A stretch of DNA of 64,000 bases from Clostridiales bacterium (GTDB taxonomy: Bacteria; Bacillota; Clostridia; Christensenellales; DTU072): positions 9,967 to 73,966 of the forward strand of contig JAAYOD010000032.1 in the NCBI GenBank assembly GCA_012520515.1. Direction: 5' to 3'. The notes under the pieces are model-generated. The model was not told where the DNA came from, ran no database searches, and saw only the letters and a program-made list of their open reading frames with translations. A program made the position numbers and the translations under genes. Of this stretch, positions 56,254-64,000 are shown in pieces. How positions within the stretch are numbered: position 1 is the stretch's first letter; every line of letters begins with the position of its first letter.

Positions 56254-57993
56254 ATGTTAGGAAAAGAAATGTTTGATATTTGGTATCAAAAAATCCCTGC
56301 TCATCTAAGAAAGGAGCTTGATGCCATTAAGGACAATGAAAATGAGATAAAAGAGCGTTTTTCTGTGCCCCTTGCTTTTGGTACAGCGGGAATGCGCGGA
56401 GAAGTGGGACTAGGCACTTTTCGTATGAATGACTATACAGTGGCAAGAGCCACAAAAGGTCTTGCTATGTTTATTGCATCGCTTGGCGCTGAAGCTATGG
56501 AAAGAGGAGTGGTAATTAGTTACGACACACGCCGTTGCAGTCTAGAGTTTGCCATAATCGTTGCAAAGGTGTTATCGTATGCCAAGATAAAAAGCTTTAT
56601 TTTTGACACAGTGCACCCTGTGCCAATGTGTAGCTTTGCAGTACGGCATCTAAACGCAATAGCTGGCGTTATGATAACGGCAAGCCATAACCCAAAAGAA
56701 TATAATGGATATAAGGTTTATGGTCAAGACGGCGCACAAATGAGTCCAGAAGATACCCAAATTGTGGTAAAATATATTGATTCTCTTACCGATTATTTTG
56801 CAGTTGAACTTGACGGTGTGCAGTTTCCTGACAGCATAAAGAGGCTTGATAATGTCAAGCTTAATGACTATATTACTGTTATTGGTAAAACGGTAGACGA
56901 AGCTTATTATGCAGAAATTGCAAAACTTAGCTTGTCGCCTAAAGAAGTTTCTGAGTATGGCAAAACTATAAAACTTGTCTATACGCCCATTCATGGCACT
57001 GGTTATGTTCCCGTTACCACTATGCTAAGCAGAATGGGAATAAGCGTGGATTGCGTGGCAGAGCAAATTGAGCCCGATACAGAGTTTAGCACAGTGCCTG
57101 CGCCCAATCCTGAAAACCCAAGCGCGCTTAAAATGGGAATTGAGCTAGGCGACAAGATAGGGGCAGATGTTGTTATAGGTACAGACCCAGATTGCGACAG
57201 AATGGGGCTTGCTATACGCGATAACAAAGGGCAATTTAGATTGCTTAACGGCAACCAAATAGGAGCTTTGTTGCTTGACTATATTTTAACAAGACTAAAA
57301 GAAGAAAATAACCTGCCCAAAAACGGCGCTGTGGTAAAAACAATAGTAACGACGACGCTTGCAGATAGAATAGCCAAAAACTTTGGCATCACTGTAATTG
57401 ATGTTTTGACAGGATTTAAATTTATTGGGGAAAAGATAAAGGAATGGGAAAAAACTAATGAATATTCTTTTATTTTTGGTTATGAAGAAAGCTATGGTTA
57501 TTTGCGTGGCACTCACGCAAGAGATAAAGATGCTGTGGTGGCGGCAATGCTAACTGCTGAAATGGTGTGCTATTACGAAAGCAAAGGCGTAGGGCTGTAC
57601 CAAAGGCTTATGGAGATATTTGAGCGTTATGGTTATTATTGCGAAGAAGTTATTTCCATAGATTATAAAGGCGTGGGCGCAATGGCAGAAATGGCTAGCG
57701 CAATGGCAAAGGTAAGGAGTAAGACTATAACAAAGCTAGCTGAGTATGAAGTTGAGTTTACTGCTGATTATTTAGCAAAAAAAGTCACTTACCCAGACGG
57801 CAGGATTGAAGCTACTACATTGCCTCAAACAAATGCAATAAAGTATTTTCTTAAAGATGGGCAATTTGTATGCGTAAGGCCAAGCGGTACAGAGCCTAAG
57901 TTAAAAGTTTATGTGCTTTGCTATGATAGCGATATGGAAAAATCCAAACAAAAAGCTAAGGTTTTGCTTGAAGCTATAAAAAATGAGCTATAA
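56254..57993 (+). CDS. phosphoglucomutase/phosphomannomutase-family phospho-sugar mutase
   Basis: 579 aa. Active-site TASHNP, metal loop GTDPDCDR, sugar-binding GYEESYG. Confidence 0.9.
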   Translation: MLGKEMFDIWYQKIPAHLRKELDAIKDNENEIKERFSVPLAFGTAGMRGEVGLGTFRMNDYTVARATKGLAMFIASLGAEAMERGVVISYDTRRCSLEFAIIVAKVLSYAKIKSFIFDTVHPVPMCSFAVRHLNAIAGVMITASHNPKEYNGYKVYGQDGAQMSPEDTQIVVKYIDSLTDYFAVELDGVQFPDSIKRLDNVKLNDYITVIGKTVDEAYYAEIAKLSLSPKEVSEYGKTIKLVYTPIHGTGYVPVTTMLSRMGISVDCVAEQIEPDTEFSTVPAPNPENPSALKMGIELGDKIGADVVIGTDPDCDRMGLAIRDNKGQFRLLNGNQIGALLLDYILTRLKEENNLPKNGAVVKTIVTTTLADRIAKNFGITVIDVLTGFKFIGEKIKEWEKTNEYSFIFGYEESYGYLRGTHARDKDAVVAAMLTAEMVCYYESKGVGLYQRLMEIFERYGYYCEEVISIDYKGVGAMAEMASAMAKVRSKTITKLAEYEVEFTADYLAKKVTYPDGRIEATTLPQTNAIKYFLKDGQFVCVRPSGTEPKLKVYVLCYDSDMEKSKQKAKVLLEAIKNEL

Positions 57994-58017
57994 GAAGCTA
58001 TAAGCTATAAACAAATT

Positions 58018-58050
58018 AAGGCGGAGAGAGTATTTTCTTCGCCTTATTTA
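58018..58050 (+). terminator. rho-independent terminator after the mutase gene
   Basis: Stem AAGGCGGAGA / TCTTCGCCTT (one G-U), followed by ATTTA. Confidence 0.6.
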
Positions 58051-58141
58051 ATCAGATAGATAATATTGTCAATATTTCAACAAAATTTCTCATAAAGACA
58101 GTTATAATTTTTGTTATCATATTTTCTACCAAGGAGAACCT

Positions 58142-60379
58142 ATGTGGAAAAAAGTTTTGTTGAAGATTGTATCATATAGTATAGTTTTTTTGCTGTTAAA
58201 TCTATGTGAAAAAGCACTGTGGATAAGGGGCATTAGCGCAGCGTTTTTGTTAGCGCTTTTGTATTGCAGAGAAAATATGCTTATTGCTTTGCCTATTTTT
58301 GTGTCAAGCGCAATGGCAATTACGTCTGACTTAATTTATCTTATTTGCGTAGCTGCTCCAGCTTTGCTTGCGCTGCTTGATTATTTAGCGCACCTTAAGC
58401 TTAAAAAGATGTTTACTATCTTAGAGATAAGTTTAATAACGCTGTTTAGCCAAATACCTTTATTTATATTTTATACCGCAGACACAATGCAGCTTGTGTA
58501 TACGATTGTTGGCGTGCTTGTAGCGGTATTTGTAAACTATGCCTTTATTGTTTTACTATATCCTATCTTGGTAAGGGGATTTAAATATAGACTAAGCAAA
58601 AGAGAAATATTTGCTTTTTGTATAATGCTATTTGCGCTAAGTATTGGACTTAGCACGCTAAATCCGCTAGGCATAAGCGTATTTTTTGCCGTTGTGCCCT
58701 TTTTATTTTTGTTTATAAAGGGATTAGATTCATCTAAAATTTTGATAGTTGCGCTATCTTGCGCGCTAGGCGGTTGCGTTTATGGCTTAAATATGCAAAT
58801 CTTTATTCTTACCGCCATACTGGGCCTTGCTTGCGCTGCTGTGTACGCCTTAAATAAGTATATAAGCGCAGTGGTCTTGCCTTTAGTCTATGTGGCAAGC
58901 TATTACTTATTTGTAGGCGATGTAACCTTATATGCCGCTTTGCCTGTTGCTGTGGGCAGTCTATTAAGCATATTTGTGCCCAATGCATTTTATGCACTTA
59001 GCAACAGTTATAGACAGAGTTATCAGGAAAGATTTGCGTTAAGAACGGTGGTGAATCGCGATAGAGAAAGTATTTGCTGGCGGCTTAATAACATAGCAAA
59101 GGCTTTTGCCGATATGAAAGCTATACTGCTTAATGAGCAAGATAACCAGCTAAACAGCGAAAAGCTAGTAGAAGACATTTGCCTTAGTATGTGCGAAAAC
59201 TGCAAGCAAAAAGAAGTTTGCAGGGCAAAAATGGGCAGTCCTTATAATAGTATTTCTAAGCTAGTTACTAGCGCTATGGAAAATGGTAAAGCTACTTTAT
59301 TGGATGCAACTGTAAGCCTTGGGGATAATTGTGTTTTGTTGCCAAGAGTTATTGCTACCACTAATGATAGGGTGACAAGGTTTAAAGCGGCAATGTATAA
59401 AAAAGATGGAATGGAGCAAGGAAAGAAAATGATAATTACACAAATGGGCGGAGTTGCCAATCTCATTGAAAAATTGGCAGAAAGCATAAATACAGGATTT
59501 ACATACGATACTAAATTAGAGACAAGACTAATTGATGAATTAGGCTATCAAAATATTGTTGCAAGCGATGTCATTGTTTACGGTAAAAATAAAACGGTGG
59601 ACGAAGTGACTTTGCTAGTTAGAGAAAAGGACGCCCATAGAGCTAGTCTTGCTAAGATAATATCCAAGATTATGAAAAGAGAGATGGAGATATCTAAAAA
59701 AACTAGAGATGTAAATGGTATGGTTAGCATAACGCTTAACCCGTCGCCTAGGTATAAAGCGCTATTTGGCGAATGCGCTTTAGGTAAACAAAATCGTTGC
59801 GGTGATACAAGGCAAGCAGTAAAGATATCTAGAGATAAAATAATGTTCATATTAAGTGACGGAATGGGAAGCGGACACAGCGCATACTCTACCGCAAATG
59901 ACATAATTATGCTTATAGAGAATTTTTATAAGGCGGGATTTGACCACAAAACTATTTTGTCCACCATAGGAAAGTTGCTTTCATTGCGCACAAAAGAAGA
60001 CTTTAGCGCACTTGATATAGCCATTATAGATACCCAAACTGGCGATGTTGATTTTATTAAGCAAGGCGGCAGAGAGAGTTATTTGTATGACGGGGTAAAC
60101 ATAGAAACAGTGGAAGGTGGCGCATTGCCTATTGGAATTATTGAAGATGCTGATCCGCAAATTGCCACCAAAATTATGAGTCCTAGCCAGCTTCTTATTA
60201 TGAGCAGTGATGGCGTAGCAGAACACCTTACCAAAGACAGTATGGCAGAATTATTGCGCAGTGTTGGCACTTATAATCCCCAGCATGTAGCTGAGCAGGT
60301 GGTGGAAAACGCCAGAAGAATAAGCGGCAGTCAAGACGACGATATGACCTGTATGGTAATAAGGCTTGCCACAGTTTAA
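58142..60379 (+). CDS. spoIIE: stage II sporulation protein E (PP2C phosphatase)
   Basis: 745 aa. About 10 N-terminal TM segments, central regulatory region, C-terminal PP2C domain (SDGMGSG, SSDGV, DDDMT). Confidence 0.9.
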   Translation: MWKKVLLKIVSYSIVFLLLNLCEKALWIRGISAAFLLALLYCRENMLIALPIFVSSAMAITSDLIYLICVAAPALLALLDYLAHLKLKKMFTILEISLITLFSQIPLFIFYTADTMQLVYTIVGVLVAVFVNYAFIVLLYPILVRGFKYRLSKREIFAFCIMLFALSIGLSTLNPLGISVFFAVVPFLFLFIKGLDSSKILIVALSCALGGCVYGLNMQIFILTAILGLACAAVYALNKYISAVVLPLVYVASYYLFVGDVTLYAALPVAVGSLLSIFVPNAFYALSNSYRQSYQERFALRTVVNRDRESICWRLNNIAKAFADMKAILLNEQDNQLNSEKLVEDICLSMCENCKQKEVCRAKMGSPYNSISKLVTSAMENGKATLLDATVSLGDNCVLLPRVIATTNDRVTRFKAAMYKKDGMEQGKKMIITQMGGVANLIEKLAESINTGFTYDTKLETRLIDELGYQNIVASDVIVYGKNKTVDEVTLLVREKDAHRASLAKIISKIMKREMEISKKTRDVNGMVSITLNPSPRYKALFGECALGKQNRCGDTRQAVKISRDKIMFILSDGMGSGHSAYSTANDIIMLIENFYKAGFDHKTILSTIGKLLSLRTKEDFSALDIAIIDTQTGDVDFIKQGGRESYLYDGVNIETVEGGALPIGIIEDADPQIATKIMSPSQLLIMSSDGVAEHLTKDSMAELLRSVGTYNPQHVAEQVVENARRISGSQDDDMTCMVIRLATV

Positions 60380-60415
60380 GGAGTGACTAAGCCAGCTTAT
60401 TGCAATAATATATGC

Positions 60416-60444
60416 TTGATTATTATACATAAGTTATGTATAAT
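60416..60444 (+). promoter_or_regulatory. sigma-A promoter candidate for tilS-hpt-cca
   Basis: TTGATT (60416-60421), 17 nt, TATAAT (60439-60444). Confidence 0.5.
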
Positions 60445-60450
60445 CATAAT

Positions 60451-61725
60451 ATGAAAATCCCTACCTATAAAAACTGGAAGATAGGCGTTGCTGTCAGTGG
60501 CGGAGCTGATAGTATGACGCTCTTGGACCTATATGCCAAAGCTGGTCAAGATATAATTGTAATAAACATAGAGCATGGCATTAGAGGGCAATCTTCCATA
60601 GACGATAGCCAGTTTGTAAAAACTTATTGCGCCGAGCGTGGCATTCCATGCTTGGCATTTTGTGTTAATGCAAAAGAAGAAGCAAAGAAAAATAAAATTA
60701 GCATAGAACTTGCGGCAAGAAAGTTGCGCTATGAGATATTCGATAAGCTTTTACAAGAAAAAAAAGTGGATAAAATTGCCCTTGCGCACCACGCAAACGA
60801 TAATATGGAAACTATGCTCATGCGTATTTTTAGAGGCACAGGGTTACGGGGCATTGTAGGCATTAAAGACCGTGGACACTATATCCACCCTTTACTAAAA
60901 TATCGCCGTCAACAAATAGAGCAATATGCAGAGCAAAATAATATACCGTATGTAATTGATGAAACCAACGTGCAAAACAAATATTGCCGTAACTATACCA
61001 GAAACAAAATTGTACCTGTTATTAAAAAGAAGTTTGGCGATGTGGAAGCTGCATTTACAAGGCTTAGTGAAAATGCGCAAGAAATTGAAAATTATTTGGA
61101 AAGTCAAATAGTTAAGTATCAAAAAAAGGGCGATAAATATTTTCTAAATGATATATTTAGCCATGCAAAGCTAATTCAAAAGTATTCTATTCAAAAGATA
61201 ATTTATGATATGGGTGGTGTGCAAGATATTGAAAGCAGGCACTATTCCTACATTATGTCGCTAGAAAAAAAACCACTAAACACCACAATTAATTTGCCTT
61301 TTAATATTATAGCGGTAAGGACATCGGACGGACTAGTATTTTCTTATCATAAAGATTATTCAACTTTTTGCAGTCAGTTTTTCGCTGAAAAAAAATATAA
61401 ATACGCTGGGTTTGTATACTCTTTTGCGGCGGGAAAAAAAATAATAAACGGTATAAGTTTTGACCTTGATAAAGTGCCTGAAGGCACAGTTATAAGGACA
61501 AGAAAAAAAGGGGATAAATTTAAGCGTGTAAATGGTAAGACTAAACTGCTTAGCGATTACTTAACTGACGCTAAAATAAATGTGCTAGATAAGCAAAAAT
61601 TGCTTGTTATGGCAAAGGATAGTGAAGTTTTTGCAGTGCTTGGCATGGAGACAGGAGATAAAGTAAAGATTGACCAAACGACAAAACATATTATGCACAT
61701 AATTAAGGAGAAAGAAATTTTATGA
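60451..61725 (+). CDS. tilS: tRNA(Ile)-lysidine synthase
   Basis: PP-loop SGGADS. TilS length and tilS-hpt linkage. The upstream ATG at 60436 lies inside the putative -10 element, so 60451 is preferred (uncertain). Confidence 0.88.
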   Translation: MKIPTYKNWKIGVAVSGGADSMTLLDLYAKAGQDIIVINIEHGIRGQSSIDDSQFVKTYCAERGIPCLAFCVNAKEEAKKNKISIELAARKLRYEIFDKLLQEKKVDKIALAHHANDNMETMLMRIFRGTGLRGIVGIKDRGHYIHPLLKYRRQQIEQYAEQNNIPYVIDETNVQNKYCRNYTRNKIVPVIKKKFGDVEAAFTRLSENAQEIENYLESQIVKYQKKGDKYFLNDIFSHAKLIQKYSIQKIIYDMGGVQDIESRHYSYIMSLEKKPLNTTINLPFNIIAVRTSDGLVFSYHKDYSTFCSQFFAEKKYKYAGFVYSFAAGKKIINGISFDLDKVPEGTVIRTRKKGDKFKRVNGKTKLLSDYLTDAKINVLDKQKLLVMAKDSEVFAVLGMETGDKVKIDQTTKHIMHIIKEKEIL

Positions 61726-62261
61726 TGTACGACGATATAGAAAAGATACTTTATACCGAAGAACAAATAAAACAAAGAGCCAAAGAGCTTGGCCAGCAAA
61801 TAGCCAAAGATTATGCAGGAGAAACCATAGTTATGGTGTGTATTTTGCGTGGCTCATGTATATTTTTTGCCGAACTTGTAAAGCATATTCCTAACTATGT
61901 AGAGCTAGAATTTATCACAGTGAGCAGTTATTGCAGTACAAATACAAGTGGCGAAGTAAGGCTTATATCTGATATATCAAAGCCCATTCAAGGAGAAAAT
62001 GTTTTGATTGTGGAAGACATTATAGATACAGGTTATACCTTGAATTACCTAAAAAAATTATTGCTTGCCCGTAATCCTAAGAGTCTCAAAGTGGTTACGC
62101 TTCTTGACAAGCCGTCAAGGCGACTAGTTGAGTGTGAAAGCGACTATGTCGGGTTTGAAGTGCCAAATGAGTTTGTGGTAGGTTTTGGACTGGATTATGA
62201 CCAAAAATATCGCAACTACCCACATATTGGCGTTTTGAAAAAGGAAATTTATTCATCATAA
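61722..62261 (+). CDS. hpt: hypoxanthine phosphoribosyltransferase
   Basis: 179 aa. PRPP-binding motif VLIVEDIIDTGYT. ATGA overlap with tilS. Confidence 0.92.
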   Translation: MMYDDIEKILYTEEQIKQRAKELGQQIAKDYAGETIVMVCILRGSCIFFAELVKHIPNYVELEFITVSSYCSTNTSGEVRLISDISKPIQGENVLIVEDIIDTGYTLNYLKKLLLARNPKSLKVVTLLDKPSRRLVECESDYVGFEVPNEFVVGFGLDYDQKYRNYPHIGVLKKEIYSS

Positions 62262-63611
62262 ATGAAACTTAACCAAAGTGTTTCAAGTGCGCTAAAAAAA
62301 CTAAGCAAACTTTTGCCAAACCACATTTTTTTAGTGGGCGGGTTTGTGCGTGACACGCTTTGTGGCTATCAGTCTTTTGATATTGACATTTGCGGTCAAG
62401 ATACCCCAGAAGTTTTATTTGACAGCCTAAAAAATTCTGAATTTGTAGCTAAGACCACTAGTCCAAAGCTGATGACGCTAAAAATAAAGCATAAAGATTT
62501 GGAGTTTGAGTACACCACCTTTAGAAAGGAAAGTTATACAAAAGGTCATTCACCTAGTAAGGTTGAACCTACTGACAGCATTTTAGAAGACGCAAAAAGA
62601 CGGGATTTTAAGATAAATGCAATTTATTATGATATAAATGATGGCGCTTTAGTAGACCCTTTAGACGCACTTGCGGATTTGGGAAGACGCATAATCTCTA
62701 CCGTTGATGAGCCTAAAAAGGTCTTTAGCCGAGATGGGCTTAGGCTTATGCGTTTAGCTAGGTTTGCAGGGCAACTAGGTTTTGATATAGAGCAAAAAAC
62801 GCTTGAAGCTGCTAAAGAATATAGCCATCTTATTAAAGACATTGCGCCCCAAAGGATAAGGGAAGAACTTGACAAAATTTTGGTAGCTGACACTTGCCAT
62901 AATGTGCCAAACGGGCATATTAAAGCGCTTAGAGTACTTGATGAAATTGGTGTGCTGGCAATTATTTTGCCTGAGTTGACTTTAGGCAAAGGCATGATTC
63001 AGCGCGCTGATTTTCACAAACACGATGTATTTGAGCATACATTGCAGACTGTAAGGTTTGCGCCCCCGCAGATACGCCTTGCTGCCTTACTGCACGATAT
63101 AGCAAAACCATATTGTTTTTTAAAGAGCGGCAGGTATGCAAGGCACGACATAGAGGGGGAGAGAATAACAAAAGAAGTTATGACAAGGCTTTGTTATTCC
63201 AATAAGCAAATAGCTAGAGTTAGCCGACTAGTGCGGTGGCATATGTATGACCTTAATAATCAAGCAAAGCTAAACACTTTGCGAGTGTTTATCCAAAACA
63301 ATGCCGATATTGTGCCTGACTTAATAGAGTTAAAGATGGCAGACAGTAAGGGTAGCGGAGTGCACGATGACAAAAACCTAACCGCTGTAAGAATGCAAAA
63401 AGTTTATAATGATATGGTAAAAGAGCAAGTGCCGTTTGCCATAAAGGACTTAAAAATAAATGGGGAAGATTTGCTACTTCTGCCACAAGAAAAGCGCGGG
63501 ATAATGCAAAGAGAATTATTAAAGCAGTGCGCTTATTTTGACAGCGACTTAAAAACAAGAGAAAAACAACTTGCCTTTGTGGCTAGAGAAATAAATAGAT
63601 ATAAAAAATAA
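62262..63611 (+). CDS. cca: CCA-adding tRNA nucleotidyltransferase (poly(A) polymerase head plus HD domain)
   Basis: 449 aa. GGFVRD and DIDI nucleotidyltransferase motifs, RRDFKINA, HD motif HKHDVFEH / LLHDIAKP. Confidence 0.85.
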   Translation: MKLNQSVSSALKKLSKLLPNHIFLVGGFVRDTLCGYQSFDIDICGQDTPEVLFDSLKNSEFVAKTTSPKLMTLKIKHKDLEFEYTTFRKESYTKGHSPSKVEPTDSILEDAKRRDFKINAIYYDINDGALVDPLDALADLGRRIISTVDEPKKVFSRDGLRLMRLARFAGQLGFDIEQKTLEAAKEYSHLIKDIAPQRIREELDKILVADTCHNVPNGHIKALRVLDEIGVLAIILPELTLGKGMIQRADFHKHDVFEHTLQTVRFAPPQIRLAALLHDIAKPYCFLKSGRYARHDIEGERITKEVMTRLCYSNKQIARVSRLVRWHMYDLNNQAKLNTLRVFIQNNADIVPDLIELKMADSKGSGVHDDKNLTAVRMQKVYNDMVKEQVPFAIKDLKINGEDLLLLPQEKRGIMQRELLKQCAYFDSDLKTREKQLAFVAREINRYKK

Positions 63612-63624
63612 GGAGAAAAAGAAA

Positions 63625-64000
63625 TGGATTACAGAATAAAAGATTACAAGGCTGAGTTTTTAAGAATATACAAAGAAAATATAACAAGAGAAGGCAGTAA
63701 AGAACTACTAAATTACATAGAATCTAGCGATTTTTTTACAGCGCCAGCTTCTACAAGGTTTCACTCTGCATTTGAAGGGGGACTATGTGAACATAGTGTA
63801 AAAGCGTATTATCGCTTTATGCAACTTTTAGAAAATGAATATGAAGGGGATTTTGAAGAAAAACTTAACATATCTTATGAAAGCGTGGCAATTATTGCGC
63901 TACTTCATGACATATGTAAGGTGGGGTTTTATAAAATGGAATTCCGTAATGTAAAAAATGAATATGGCGAATGGGATAAAAAGCCCTATTATACCATTGA
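63625..64000 (+). CDS. HD-domain hydrolase, N-terminal part (runs off the window end)
   Basis: Own translation MDYRIKDYKAEFLRIYKENITREG...STRFHSAFEGGLCEHS...LLHDICKVG. GGAG 8 nt upstream. Open to the window end. Confidence 0.6.

Noticed and set aside
1-64000. Search for CRISPR arrays, IS elements, transposases, integrases, prophage genes, toxin-antitoxin pairs, restriction-modification or other defence systems, tRNA and rRNA genes
   Set aside because: None were found. There are no regularly spaced direct repeats, no terminal inverted repeats, and no recombinase-, nuclease-helicase- or NTPase-type defence architectures. All intergenic regions are short (under 440 nt) and are accounted for by promoters, terminators or the two leader RNAs.

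Overview
Gene-dense, low-GC Firmicutes/Clostridia-type chromosomal segment; spoIIE marks a spore-former. Almost everything is recognisable core or energy metabolism, arranged in long translationally coupled operons. In order: (1) a myo-inositol catabolic operon (GPH transporter, iolCBDEAG). (2) nadE followed by a hydrogenase locus. This has a sensory/regulatory block (DRTGG, HATPase kinase-like, sensory-type [FeFe]-hydrogenase paralog, DRTGG, PHP phosphoesterase) and then the structural genes of a HydABC-type NADH/ferredoxin [FeFe]-hydrogenase. (3) A lysine-riboswitch-controlled dapA-dapB-dapF-dapL-lysA operon. (4) Miscellaneous genes: metallophosphoesterase lipoprotein, UPF0371, methyltransferase, DEDD exonuclease, FAD protein. 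(5) A DUF1538 membrane protein + two PII-like proteins + GPH transporter operon. (6) A tungsten island: leader RNA + tupABC converging on aor-moaD-thiF-moaB-moeA-moeA(PBP fusion)-moaA-moaC-MOSC. (7) apbE-NusG_II-Gx-rnfCDGEAB. (8) Housekeeping genes: GDPD, esterase, lipoprotein, cysK, phosphosugar mutase, spoIIE, tilS, hpt, cca, HD protein. I saw no rRNA or tRNA genes, CRISPR arrays, transposases, integrases, phage genes or recognisable defence genes. The best candidates for under-described biology are the DUF1538/PII/PII/GPH operon and the H2-sensor/kinase/phosphatase/DRTGG module, which has no encoded output domain. Both are uncharacterised rather than demonstrably novel. All calls rest on reading the translated ORFs and the DNA by eye; no database searches were run.
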